The notes under the pieces were generated by a model. That model had not been told where the DNA came from. It saw nothing but the letters and a program-made list of their open reading frames with translations, and did no database searches. From positions 1 to 38,788 of the forward strand of contig NZ_JAUSCG010000107.1 of assembly GCF_030651615.1 (NCBI RefSeq): 38,788 bases of DNA, read 5' to 3'. Positions within the stretch are counted from its first letter, which is position 1. Every line of letters begins with the position of its first letter. Below, piece after piece: positions 18,845-29,160 of this stretch. The DNA is from Methanocalculus sp. (GTDB taxonomy: Archaea > Halobacteriota > Methanomicrobia > Methanomicrobiales > Methanocorpusculaceae). Made by a program: the position numbers and the translations under genes.

Positions 18845-20483
18845 AGCACTGCTTATAGACGGATATGTTGACGAACCGGCATGCCTTGGTGTTCCGCCGT
18901 ACATCTCCCCATACATCCGGACGGTCGCCGGAGTCCTCTTCGAAGCAGGGTACCGCGTGCAGTACAGGACGATCGATCAGATCCGATCCGCACCACAGGA
19001 ACTCCACCAGCTCAGGAAGACCCCTCTTGTCATAGTTATTGCAGGTCAGACGGTTCCGGGAAAGTACCTCGCAGGAACACCTGCAACACTATCAGAACTC
19101 CGGCAGATCGGTTCACTCTTTGAGAGTGGCTGCGTCCTCCTCGGCGGTCCTGTCGCCTACGGCATCTCACCGGGGGGAGGGAGAAGAGCGATCAAAGAGC
19201 CGATGAGCGGATATACTGCACTCATGATTGGAGATCCGGCAACAGCACTTCACAGATTCCTGCAAGGCGAAGAGCCCCGTGGTGAAGAGAAGTATGAAGA
19301 GAGCCAGCGCTGGAGTGTCCTTGGTGCGGGGATCATTTCTGACCATCCCCTTTTCCCTCATATCATCCTCGAACTTGAGACGGCGAAGGGATGTGCCCGT
19401 TCTGTCACCGGAGGTTGTTCATTCTGCACAGAGCCATTCTATGGAAAACCAAGATACCGTTCGATCCCGATGATCGAGACTGAGGTAGCTGCCCTCACAG
19501 CCAGCGGGGCACGCCATTTCCGGATCGGACGGCAGCCCGATCTCCTTGCATATGGAAGTTCCGGGGGAGAGTATCCCTGCCCTGATCCTGAGAAGATACG
19601 ATCCCTCTTCACCGCTATTCGACGGGCCGCACCTGATCTCCTCACCCTGCATATCGACAATATGAATCCGGGGACGATTGCGCGGCATCCTGAGGCATCC
19701 AGGGAGGCACTGAAGGCGATAGTCGATAACCATACCCCGGGCGATATCGCCGCGTTTGGAATGGAGACTGCGGATCCCGCAGTTATTGCTGCAAATAATC
19801 TCAAAGCATCAGCAGAAGAGGTGATGGATGCGATCAGGATCGTCAATGAGGTTGGAGGAACCAGAGATGAAGATGGGGTGCCTCACCTCCTTCCCGGCCT
19901 GAACTTCGTATGCGGGCTTGCGGGTGAGACAGAAGAGACATACCGATTGAACCGTGCCTTTCTGGAGGAACTTATCGCAGGCGATCTGGCAGTCCGAAGG
20001 GTGAATATACGTCAGCTGATGCCGTTTGACGGGACACGGGCATTTGAGGAGAATACCCTTGGCCACCACCATAGCGCGTTTAAAACATTCAAGGAATGGA
20101 CACGGAAGTCATTTGATCCGGTGATGCTCTCCCGCGTCTTCCCGGTCGGCACTATTTTCAGAAGTGCAGTCGTTGAAATTTCTGCTGGCACATCATTTGC
20201 CCGGCAGATGGGGACATATCCGATCCTGATCGGACTGCCCATTACTCTTGAGAGAGGCACTCTCATCGACGGTGCCGTCGTTGGATATGGGAGCAGGTCG
20301 GTGACTGCCCTGCCTCATCCGATTTCGATTAACCGGCTCCCCGGATCGGCTCTGAAAGTCATGCCCGGGGTCGGGAAGAAGACGGTCACTACGATTCTGG
20401 CCCGTCGGCCATTCAAAGACCAGGCAGCATGGCAGAAGGTCACAGGCGGAACAGCAGTCGATCACCTGATAACCTTCACCTGA
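18834..20483 (+). CDS. Radical SAM protein with TRAM-like and C-terminal helix-hairpin-helix regions (COG1031-like)
   Basis: DGYVDEPACLGVPPY start, CX7CX2C (CARSVTGGCSFC), RQMGTYP, and the HhH motif LKVMPGVGKK. Confidence 0.85.
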   Translation: MTFEALLIDGYVDEPACLGVPPYISPYIRTVAGVLFEAGYRVQYRTIDQIRSAPQELHQLRKTPLVIVIAGQTVPGKYLAGTPATLSELRQIGSLFESGCVLLGGPVAYGISPGGGRRAIKEPMSGYTALMIGDPATALHRFLQGEEPRGEEKYEESQRWSVLGAGIISDHPLFPHIILELETAKGCARSVTGGCSFCTEPFYGKPRYRSIPMIETEVAALTASGARHFRIGRQPDLLAYGSSGGEYPCPDPEKIRSLFTAIRRAAPDLLTLHIDNMNPGTIARHPEASREALKAIVDNHTPGDIAAFGMETADPAVIAANNLKASAEEVMDAIRIVNEVGGTRDEDGVPHLLPGLNFVCGLAGETEETYRLNRAFLEELIAGDLAVRRVNIRQLMPFDGTRAFEENTLGHHHSAFKTFKEWTRKSFDPVMLSRVFPVGTIFRSAVVEISAGTSFARQMGTYPILIGLPITLERGTLIDGAVVGYGSRSVTALPHPISINRLPGSALKVMPGVGKKTVTTILARRPFKDQAAWQKVTGGTAVDHLITFT

Positions 20484-20522
20484 TCACAACACGGATAAGA
20501 TCCCCGGTAAATAGAGGATCAT

Positions 20523-23234
20523 ATGGCGCCTGAGAAAGAGAACGAAGGGATCTCTGAAATCTGGCATGCACTCAGGATCAATGAGATCCGCCTCAGGCTC
20601 AACACACAGGACGAAGGTCTCTCTGAAGAGGAGGCGATCAATCGATCTCTTCTCTATGGAAGAAACTCCCTCCCTCAGAGAAAATCCACCGGAGCAGCCG
20701 TCATCTTCCTCAGGCAGTTCAAAAGCCCCCTTATCTACATCCTCCTTGCAGCAGGGGTACTCTCCATCGCATTTGAGGATTGGACCGACGCACTCTTCAT
20801 ATTTCTCGTTATTTTTCTTAACTCGGGGATCGGATCAGTTCAGGAATGGAAAGCAGAACAGAGTGCGGCAGCCCTTCAGCGAATGCTGAAGATCTATGCC
20901 CGTGTGAAGAGAGGGGGAAGAGAAGAGAGGATTGCAGCAGAAGAACTCGTACCAGGAGACATCGTACTGCTGGAATCGGGGAGTAAGGTGCCTGCTGACA
21001 TCAGGATCATCTCTGCCTCCTCGCTTGCAATCGACGAGTCACTCCTTACCGGAGAGTCTGATGCTGCAAAGAAGAAGACGAACGTCCTCCCGGAAGAGAC
21101 CGAGGTTGCTGACCGGAGCAATATGGGATATGCCGGCACAACCGTCATGTCCGGCAGGGGCATTGGAATCGTCACTGCCACCGGGGTAAAGACTGAGATT
21201 GGAAAGATTGCCGCATCTGTCAGCAGTACAGCGATGGGAAAGCCGCCGATCATCATCAGGATGGAAGAGTTTGCAAAGAAGATCAGTATCGCCGTCCTCC
21301 TGGCATCTGCGTTCCTCGCAGCAGTCGTCCTAATGCAGGGTGAGCCGCCCCGCGAGGTCTTCTTCCTGGCAATTGCCCTCGCCGTCTCGGCAATCCCTGA
21401 AGGCCTCCCTGTTGCCCTCACCGTCGCCCTTGCAATAGCAACCGGAAGGATGGCAGAGCGGCATGTTATCGTCAGGCATCTGTCAGCGGTAGAGAGTCTT
21501 GGGAGCTGTACGGTCATAGCAAGCGACAAGACCGGAACACTGACCGTCAACCAGCAGACGGTCAGATCGATCACCCTCCCGGACGGACGCGGGTTTGCCG
21601 TATCAGGAGAGGGATATTCCGGTGTTGGCGAAATCAGATCTGTTGACGGGCAGAACGCATCCGATGATCTCATGCTCCGGATGCTTGTGAAGACCGCAGT
21701 CATCACCAATGAAGGAGACCTTTCGGAGAGGGAAGGAGGGAGATGGCTCCATCATGGCGATGCAATGGATATTGCCCTCCTCGCGCTTGGGTACAAAGCC
21801 GGTCTGATACCACAGGCGGTTCGTGCGGGGATCACCACACTCGCTGAGATCCCCTTTGACTCGGAGAACCGGTTTGCAACACGCTGGTATCAGGAGGGGG
21901 AGGAACGAAGGATCGCGGTCAAGGGCGCAGTTGAGGTTATTCTGCCCGGCTGCACCACCATGCTCACACCAGAAGGGAGTGTTGGAATCGACCCCGAACG
22001 TATCGGGGAGCAGATGAAGAACCTGACAGGCAGAGGGTATCGCGTCATTGCAGTCGCAGGCGGCAGATCTGATCCGGAGAAGGTCAAAGGTGGGCCGCCA
22101 TCGCCGCTTGAGCTCTATGGTCTCGTCGGCTTCATCGACCCGATCAGGCCTGAAGTCTATGATGCGATCAAGGAATGCAGGGATGCCGGTGTCGATGTTG
22201 TGATGATCACAGGAGACCATCCAGCGACTGCCCAGGCAATCGCAGAGCAGCTGGGGATTGCAGCAGGGGATCAGGACATCATCACCGGGAGTGAACTCTC
22301 TGCATTAAGAGATGAACCGGACAGCCCGGAGTTTCTGGATGCCATCACAAAGAAACATGTCTTTGCACGGGTAAGCCCCGGACAGAAACTCCAGATCGTC
22401 GATGCACTCAAACAGTCGGGAGCTTTCGTCGCTGTCACCGGCGATGGCGTTAACGACGCCCCCGCCCTTCGATCTGCCAATATCGGGATTGCAATGGGAT
22501 CAGGTACAGATGTTGCCAAAGACACCGCATCGATGATCATCACAGACGATTCATTCTCATCCATCGTCTCCGGGATTGAAGAAGGAAGATTTGCCTATGA
22601 TAACATCAGAAAAGTCACCTATCTCCTCGTATCAACCGGATTTGCCGAGGTCTTCCTTTTCATTGCAGCCCTGCTCATCGGACTGCCCCTCCCCCTCATC
22701 GCAGCCCAGCTCCTCTGGCTGAACCTTGTGACAAACGGTATCAAGGGTGTCGCCCTCGCCTTTGAACCAGGTGAACCGGGTGCGATGAAGCTGCCTCCCA
22801 GAAGCCCGGATGAAGGGATCTTTAACACCATGATGATGAGACAGATCGTCATTGCAGGTCTCACCATGGGTGGAATCGCCCTCTTTGCCTGGTACTGGCT
22901 CCTTGGAAACGAGTATTCTGAAGCGGAGGCGCGGAATCTGATCGTCCTTCTTATGGTGATGCTTGAGAACTTCCATGTCTTAAACTGTAGATCCGAGGTC
23001 CGGTCCTTCTTCAGAATACCGCTTCGGACAAACCTCTATCTCGTCGCAGGCATCATCGGCGCCCAGGTAATCCATACAGGTGCAATGTACATCCCCTTCT
23101 TCCAGCAGTCACTTGGCATCGCACCGGTCTCGGCAGGAGAATGGGTCCTGGTGATCGCCCTCTCTTCAAGCATCCTCATTGTCATGGAGATGTACAAATA
23201 CATCATAAACCGGAGGATAGGTACAGCACCATAA
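20523..23234 (+). CDS. Type II cation-transporting P-type ATPase
   Basis: TGES, PEGL, DKTGT, KGA, TGD and GDGVNDAP motifs; about 10 TM segments. Confidence 0.95.
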   Translation: MAPEKENEGISEIWHALRINEIRLRLNTQDEGLSEEEAINRSLLYGRNSLPQRKSTGAAVIFLRQFKSPLIYILLAAGVLSIAFEDWTDALFIFLVIFLNSGIGSVQEWKAEQSAAALQRMLKIYARVKRGGREERIAAEELVPGDIVLLESGSKVPADIRIISASSLAIDESLLTGESDAAKKKTNVLPEETEVADRSNMGYAGTTVMSGRGIGIVTATGVKTEIGKIAASVSSTAMGKPPIIIRMEEFAKKISIAVLLASAFLAAVVLMQGEPPREVFFLAIALAVSAIPEGLPVALTVALAIATGRMAERHVIVRHLSAVESLGSCTVIASDKTGTLTVNQQTVRSITLPDGRGFAVSGEGYSGVGEIRSVDGQNASDDLMLRMLVKTAVITNEGDLSEREGGRWLHHGDAMDIALLALGYKAGLIPQAVRAGITTLAEIPFDSENRFATRWYQEGEERRIAVKGAVEVILPGCTTMLTPEGSVGIDPERIGEQMKNLTGRGYRVIAVAGGRSDPEKVKGGPPSPLELYGLVGFIDPIRPEVYDAIKECRDAGVDVVMITGDHPATAQAIAEQLGIAAGDQDIITGSELSALRDEPDSPEFLDAITKKHVFARVSPGQKLQIVDALKQSGAFVAVTGDGVNDAPALRSANIGIAMGSGTDVAKDTASMIITDDSFSSIVSGIEEGRFAYDNIRKVTYLLVSTGFAEVFLFIAALLIGLPLPLIAAQLLWLNLVTNGIKGVALAFEPGEPGAMKLPPRSPDEGIFNTMMMRQIVIAGLTMGGIALFAWYWLLGNEYSEAEARNLIVLLMVMLENFHVLNCRSEVRSFFRIPLRTNLYLVAGIIGAQVIHTGAMYIPFFQQSLGIAPVSAGEWVLVIALSSSILIVMEMYKYIINRRIGTAP

Positions 23235-23664
23235 TCATCCGATCAAAATCCGGATAGTAGTATGCTTTTTCATACGACAATATGGAAAATCCCTTTGATA
23301 TGAGGAGATCTGTAACAGGCGAATGGCGTTTTGAGACAGCTATTCTAATCCTTGCAACACCTCTCTTTTGAAAGAGCGACAGGAGAGGCTCGATAAGCGA
23401 TGCCCCGACTCCTTTTCCCTGCCAATCACCCGTAACACCGATTCTCAGAATCCAGGCATCTTCTGGGGAATCAATCTCCTGCGCACCGATGATATAGCCG
23501 ATCCGTTCTTCTCCATCAACTGCCACAGAGAATGTTGATGAAAATATTTCACCTGCCTGACGAAGGAAGATGGGAGAATACCCATAATCTCCGAAGAGTT
23601 CTCTGTCAATCCTACAGATATGCGGGTAATCATCCGGGATATACGGGCGTATTGCATACTCCAT
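23203..23664 (-). CDS. GNAT-family N-acetyltransferase (RimI-like)
   Basis: Acetyl-CoA motif WQGKGVG and terminal YYP..DR..M. Confidence 0.85.
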   Translation of the reverse strand: MEYAIRPYIPDDYPHICRIDRELFGDYGYSPIFLRQAGEIFSSTFSVAVDGEERIGYIIGAQEIDSPEDAWILRIGVTGDWQGKGVGASLIEPLLSLFQKRGVARIRIAVSKRHSPVTDLLISKGFSILSYEKAYYYPDFDRMIMVLYLSSGL

Positions 23665-23794
23665 TCAAAACCTCTCCGGGTATACCTTAACCGGAGACGG
23701 AGGAATAATATACCAATCGATCGGTAGTCGTTTGGAAAACCCTTTGTCTGACTCCGCCTTACATATAAGAATACAGGAGACGGAAGGGATCCAG

Positions 23795-26700
23795 GTGGAA
23801 GAAGTAACCAGCAGTTATACCCCACAGAGGGTTGAGGATGAGGCACGTGCATTCTGGCGTGCTGAAGATACCTATAAAAGCGTACAGGAACTCAGAAAAA
23901 ACGGTAAACCATTCTTCTTCGTCGACGGGCCCCCATACACCACCGGGTATATCCATCTCGGTACGGCATGGAATAAGATCTTAAAAGACTCAATTCTCCG
24001 GTACCACCGGATGCACGGCCGCCATGTCATCGATCGCGCAGGGTATGACATGCATGGCCTTCCGATTGAGGTGAGGGTTGAGAACGAACTCGGCTTTACC
24101 TCAAAGAAGGATATCGAGACATATGGGATCAAGACCTTTGTGGATAAATGCCGGACATTTGCTGTCACCCACAAAGAGATCATGAGCCGGCAGTTCTCAA
24201 ATCTCGGTGTCTGGCTCGATTTTGAGAACCCATACCAGACGATCTCAAACGACTACATTGAGGCGGCATGGTTCACCCTCAAGCGTGTCGAAGAAAAGGG
24301 AATGCTTGAGAGGGGATTCCGTGTCGTCAACTGGTGCCCGCGATGTGAGACGGCAATTGCGGATGCCGAGGTTGAATACTGGGATGAGACCGATCCGTCG
24401 ATCTTTGTAAAATTCCCGATAAAAGATGCAGATAATGAATATCTCGTCATCTGGACGACAACACCCTGGACACTTCCGGCAAATGTCGCAGTCGCAGTCG
24501 CCATTGACTTCACCTATGCACAGGTCCGCGCACTTCGGGAAGGAATAGCAGAGACCCTCTGGATTGCAGAAGATCTCGTCGAGAGCGTTCTGAAAGCCGG
24601 GAGGTACCAGGATTTTGAGATTCTTTCCAGAAAGACCGGATCAGAGCTTGTCGGAACCGAATATGAATCCCCTCTCATCTCATCTGTTCCGATGCAGGCG
24701 GCAATCCCTCACCGGGTCGTTGCAGCTGATTTTGTTGCGATGGAGAATACCGGTATGGTCCATATCGCACCCGGCCATGGGTGGGACGATTATGTCCTCG
24801 GAATGAAGGAGAAGCTTTTGATCGTCTGTCCTGTTGATGGAACAGGACGGTTCACCGAGGATGCGGGAGTCTTTGCAGGTCTTGCAGTCAAAGATCCGGA
24901 GACGAACAAAAAGGTGACCCTCGCACTCGGATCTGCACTCCTTGCCGAGAGGAGACTGACACACCGGTATGGCCACTGCTGGCGGTGCAAGACACCAAAC
25001 ATCTTCCGTGCCACCTCACAATGGTTCATCAAAGCAAGCGATGCGAAGGAGAAGATGCTCGCTTCGATTAAGGACGAGGTAACATGGTATCCTGACTGGG
25101 CCGGAAGCGCACGATTCCATGACTGGATTGAGGGTGCACGCGACTGGTGCATCTCCCGTCAGCGATACTGGGGCATTCCGATCCCGGTCTGGGTCTGCCC
25201 ATCCTGTGACACCTACCGCGTCATCGGCAGATTCTCCGAGCTCGAAGAACTCTCAGGAAGAAAGATTGACGACCCCCACCGGCCGATGGTCGATGAGATC
25301 ACCATCCCCTGCACCTGCGGAGGCACAATGAAGAGGGTGGAAGATATCTTCGATGTCTGGTTTGACTCGGGTGTTGCATCATGGGCAACCCTGAGCTATC
25401 CGGGAGAAGAGGAGGCATTCAATAACCTCTGGCCGGCCGACTTCATCACCGAAGGGCAGGACCAGACACGAGGCTGGTTCTATTCACAGCTTGGCCTCTC
25501 AACGATCGCCTTTGGCCAGGCACCATACCGCAATGTGCTGATGCATGGCTTTGCACTCGATGCACAGGGGAAGAAGATGTCCAAAAGCCTCGGAAATGTG
25601 GTCACCCCTGAAGAAGTGATCGAAAAGTTCGGCGTCGACATCCTCAGACTCTACATTCTTTCAGCAAGCGCCCCATGGGACGATCTGAAGTTCAACTGGG
25701 ACGGAGTGAAGACAGTCCACCGCGCATTGAACATCCTCTGGAACGTCTATCGGTTCCCGCTGCCATACATGCGACTTGATCGGTTCTCACCCAGAGCAGA
25801 TGCAGACGGGGCATATGATCCGGCAATTGCATCAGAAATTGCTCTAAGCGGTTCATTTGAGGATCAGTGGCTCATATCAAGGGTAAACTCGCTTGTTACT
25901 GAGATCGAGGATGCGATGGGTGAATACCAGATTCACCGGGCAACCAGACGGCTCCAGACCTTTATCTTAGATGACCTGTCCCGCTGGTATGTCCAGCTTG
26001 TGAGGCAGAGGATGTGGCTTGAAGAGGAGTCTGTGAGCAAACAGCAGGCGTATGAGACGATGTACTATGTGATGCGCACACTTGTCCGCGTCTCCTCCCC
26101 ATTCATCCCCCATCTCGCAGAAGAGATGTATCAGAACCTCAGGCTGTCGGGGGATAGAAAGAGTGTCCATATGCTCGACTGGAATAGTGCGGACACCGAT
26201 CTGATCAACGGATCTATCGAAGATGCGATGGCGGTCGTCCAGTCATTTGACGAAGCGGTGGCAAATGCAAGACAGGCAGGGAAGAGGAAACTCCGCTGGC
26301 CAATCGGCGAGGTCGTCGTCGCAACAGAGAGCGATCTGGTAAAAGATGCAGTAACCTCTCTCCTTCCACTCTGTAAAGCACGGGCAAACAGCCGTGATGT
26401 GCGTGTTGTCACCGGCATCTGGGATCGGATCCTCTGGACCGCAGAGCCCCAGATGAAGAAGATCGGACCCGTATTTGGAAAAGAGGGGATACTTGTCAAG
26501 CGGGCAATTGAGGAGGCAGATGGCACTCTTCTCCGGTCAAGCATCGGAAGCAATGGTACCGCAACCATCCGGGTCGGAGATCGTGATATTGAGATCACCC
26601 AGGAACATGTAACGTTTACCGAGAAGCTTCCGGAGAACATCTACTCGGCCCGGATGCCCGATGCAACGGTGTACATTGATGTCACCCTGACCGATGAACT

Positions 26701-26989
26701 TGAAGCGGAAGGATATGCACGTGAAGTGATCCGGCGTGTTCAGGAGATGCGTAAGCAGATGGACCTCTCAGTGGACGACCAGATCCAGGCAACCGTCTTC
26801 ATCGGAGATGACAGGATCAGAAACCTTCTGGGCGGGTCAAACAACTGGATTGCAGGCGAGATCAGAGCATCATCACTCGTTTTCGAGGGAGAAAAGAGAG
26901 TGGATGTTTTGGACTTCGGACTCTCATCAGACTGGGATATCGAAGGTGTCCCGGTATGGATAGGTCTGTTTCGATCAAAAGAGCAGTAA
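23795..26989 (+). CDS. ileS: Isoleucine--tRNA ligase
   Basis: DGPPYTTGYIHLGT, WTTTPWTLP editing motif, DWCISRQRYWG and KMSKS. GTG start at 23795 is more plausible than 23732. Confidence 0.97.
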   Translation: MEEVTSSYTPQRVEDEARAFWRAEDTYKSVQELRKNGKPFFFVDGPPYTTGYIHLGTAWNKILKDSILRYHRMHGRHVIDRAGYDMHGLPIEVRVENELGFTSKKDIETYGIKTFVDKCRTFAVTHKEIMSRQFSNLGVWLDFENPYQTISNDYIEAAWFTLKRVEEKGMLERGFRVVNWCPRCETAIADAEVEYWDETDPSIFVKFPIKDADNEYLVIWTTTPWTLPANVAVAVAIDFTYAQVRALREGIAETLWIAEDLVESVLKAGRYQDFEILSRKTGSELVGTEYESPLISSVPMQAAIPHRVVAADFVAMENTGMVHIAPGHGWDDYVLGMKEKLLIVCPVDGTGRFTEDAGVFAGLAVKDPETNKKVTLALGSALLAERRLTHRYGHCWRCKTPNIFRATSQWFIKASDAKEKMLASIKDEVTWYPDWAGSARFHDWIEGARDWCISRQRYWGIPIPVWVCPSCDTYRVIGRFSELEELSGRKIDDPHRPMVDEITIPCTCGGTMKRVEDIFDVWFDSGVASWATLSYPGEEEAFNNLWPADFITEGQDQTRGWFYSQLGLSTIAFGQAPYRNVLMHGFALDAQGKKMSKSLGNVVTPEEVIEKFGVDILRLYILSASAPWDDLKFNWDGVKTVHRALNILWNVYRFPLPYMRLDRFSPRADADGAYDPAIASEIALSGSFEDQWLISRVNSLVTEIEDAMGEYQIHRATRRLQTFILDDLSRWYVQLVRQRMWLEEESVSKQQAYETMYYVMRTLVRVSSPFIPHLAEEMYQNLRLSGDRKSVHMLDWNSADTDLINGSIEDAMAVVQSFDEAVANARQAGKRKLRWPIGEVVVATESDLVKDAVTSLLPLCKARANSRDVRVVTGIWDRILWTAEPQMKKIGPVFGKEGILVKRAIEEADGTLLRSSIGSNGTATIRVGDRDIEITQEHVTFTEKLPENIYSARMPDATVYIDVTLTDELEAEGYAREVIRRVQEMRKQMDLSVDDQIQATVFIGDDRIRNLLGGSNNWIAGEIRASSLVFEGEKRVDVLDFGLSSDWDIEGVPVWIGLFRSKEQ

Positions 26990-27700
26990 GGAGAGGTACT
27001 CCCTCCCCTCCCCTGTATTGAAGATCGGGGGGTTTCTATCTGCTACGATACGGGTGCGGGCCGTCTCGACAACCTCTTTCTTCAGTGGATTAAAACCAGT
27101 ACATACTTCACTTCTTCGGCAGATGACCACACCCCGTCTCTGCCACGCCGGAGTCATGGCCAGATTAACGCCCCGTTCATGCATCAGATCGTGCATGGTA
27201 GCGGTATTCATACCATGAAGCTTCTCCTGCGCCTTCGACGAAGTGTACCCGTCGCTCATGAGAGCCGACTGGCAGTATGCGTTGTTATGGTTTCTCCAGG
27301 CCTCCTTCTGCCGCCAGATAAGGTACTCAACAGCAGTTAGTTGGTCAACAGGGATTATCCGCGCGTCAAACGACACCGGAACCTCAATAGAGAGGGCCAG
27401 CGTCAGGGCACTTGAAGCAAAAGAGGCCGTTACTGAGTCAAGCTTCTCAACCCGACCCTCAAAAGGGAGTCGATTGAAGAAGAGACTGATCTCATCTGAG
27501 AAGGTATATGCACACACCGGAGCAAGTCCGCTCTCCCTGAGCAGGAGAGAGGATACCTGCTCAAAAGCAGTAGAGAGACGTCCATCAAACGGCTTTTCAA
27601 GGGATAAAGCCGAAGCTGCGGTACGAAATGATCTCCCGTCAAGCCTGATGAAACAGGGGGATGTCGTCCGAAGTGCAGAGAAGATCTCCCGGTCTTTCAT
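26975..27700 (-). CDS. thg1: tRNA(His) guanylyltransferase / Thg1-like protein
   Basis: RLDGRSF, YTFSDEISL, FDAR, WRQ and PAWQRRG motifs. Confidence 0.93.
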   Translation of the reverse strand: MKDREIFSALRTTSPCFIRLDGRSFRTAASALSLEKPFDGRLSTAFEQVSSLLLRESGLAPVCAYTFSDEISLFFNRLPFEGRVEKLDSVTASFASSALTLALSIEVPVSFDARIIPVDQLTAVEYLIWRQKEAWRNHNNAYCQSALMSDGYTSSKAQEKLHGMNTATMHDLMHERGVNLAMTPAWQRRGVVICRRSEVCTGFNPLKKEVVETARTRIVADRNPPIFNTGEGREYLSLLLF

Positions 27701-27969
27701 TCTACAAGTTCCCGTGCGGCAGACGTCTTGAATGCCCCGGGGATATGCCGGATGAGAACGATATCAGAAACCTCCTTAATCAGGCGATACGGGATCTTAA
27801 CACCCTTGAAAGCTTTTAAGTCAATAATATCAGGATTTATGTTCGTAACAGCAAGCGATGCCATCTTTTTATTGTCGATATCGATGACGACATCTTCGAC
27901 ATTACCGATGAACACGGCTTTGTCGGTATAGACGCTCATACCAAAGAGCTCTGAGATCTGCCACTTCAT
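27697..27969 (-). CDS. PRC-barrel protein (CdpB-like)
   Basis: LFGMSVYTD..FIGNVEDVVID..IPYRLIKEVSDIVLI, a single PRC barrel. ATGA overlap with thg1. Confidence 0.85.
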   Translation of the reverse strand: MKWQISELFGMSVYTDKAVFIGNVEDVVIDIDNKKMASLAVTNINPDIIDLKAFKGVKIPYRLIKEVSDIVLIRHIPGAFKTSAARELVE

Positions 27970-28020
27970 ACGTATCAGTTCAAGATATAGACTAAATACT
28001 AAAAAAAGATAATCCTTTGC

Positions 28021-29160
28021 ATGGCCGGATCACTTGAGATAGGAAAGATTTTTGGAATACCTGTTCGCCTTCATATTACATTCCTTCTGGTGATCCCACT
28101 CTTTGCATGGATCATCGGCAGTCAGATTCACCTTACGGTTGAGTTGATCGAAGGAATCTTTTCCATTCCTATCGACGAGACGATCATCAGGAGCGGTTTT
28201 GTCCCCTATATCCTTGGGGCAGTCGTTGCACTCACCCTCTTCTTCTGCGTATTCATCCACGAACTCGCCCATTCACTCGTGGCGCGGTCAAAAGGAATCA
28301 GGATTAATTCGATCACCCTGATCATCTTTGGGGGAGTCGCCTCAATGGAGGAGACACTCCCTGATCCGAAGGTGGAGCTTCCGATGGCTCTTGCAGGGCC
28401 TATAACCAGCCTCGGCCTTGGAATACTCAGCTGGGTCATGGTCTATGCCGTCAATGCATTCGTGGATGTCGCAGCAGTTGCAGGTGTCCTCATCTATGGA
28501 TTCGGCTATCTCGCCATCCTCAATATACTCCTCTTCGGGTTCAATCTCCTCCCGGCATTTCCGATGGATGGAGGGCGCGTCCTCCGTGCATGGCTCGCCA
28601 CCCGGATGCCGCTTCATCGCGCAACACGGATCGCATCGGATATCGGAAAGGGGTTTGCTATCCTCTTTGGTATCGTCGGGCTCTTCTCCTTCAACTTCAT
28701 CTTGATCATCATCGCCTTCTTCATCTATGTTGGGGCAAACCAGGAGTCATCAATGGTGACAACAAGCTTCCTCCTTCAGGATGTCACGGTAGGCGAGATC
28801 ATGTCAACAGAAGTCCTGACCGTCTCCCCCTCGACAACACTTCCAGAGATCGTCAGGATGATGTACGCAACGAAACATCTCGGGTTTCCGGTGCTTGACC
28901 GGGGTCTTCTGGTTGGGATCATCACACTTGCCGATATTCACCGGACTAGTGAGATCGACCGTGATGCGATGCAGGTGAAGGATGTGATGAGCAGACAACC
29001 GGTCACCACCCTCCAACCATCCGCCTCGGTGACCGAAGCACTCCGGATCATGTCAATGCAGAATATCGGGAGAATACCTGTTGTTGAAGAAGGAACGATC
29101 GTCGGTATCGTCACACGGACGGATATCCTGACGGTGCTTGAGTTAAAAGATATGAATTAG
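28021..29160 (+). CDS. M50 site-2 protease with tandem CBS domains
   Basis: HELAH and NLLPAFPMDGG motifs; two C-terminal CBS domains. Confidence 0.95.
   Translation: MAGSLEIGKIFGIPVRLHITFLLVIPLFAWIIGSQIHLTVELIEGIFSIPIDETIIRSGFVPYILGAVVALTLFFCVFIHELAHSLVARSKGIRINSITLIIFGGVASMEETLPDPKVELPMALAGPITSLGLGILSWVMVYAVNAFVDVAAVAGVLIYGFGYLAILNILLFGFNLLPAFPMDGGRVLRAWLATRMPLHRATRIASDIGKGFAILFGIVGLFSFNFILIIIAFFIYVGANQESSMVTTSFLLQDVTVGEIMSTEVLTVSPSTTLPEIVRMMYATKHLGFPVLDRGLLVGIITLADIHRTSEIDRDAMQVKDVMSRQPVTTLQPSASVTEALRIMSMQNIGRIPVVEEGTIVGIVTRTDILTVLELKDMN

Noticed and set aside
26975-27700. In-frame amber/pyrrolysine codon in Thg1, as in Methanosarcina
   Set aside because: The ORF is uninterrupted.
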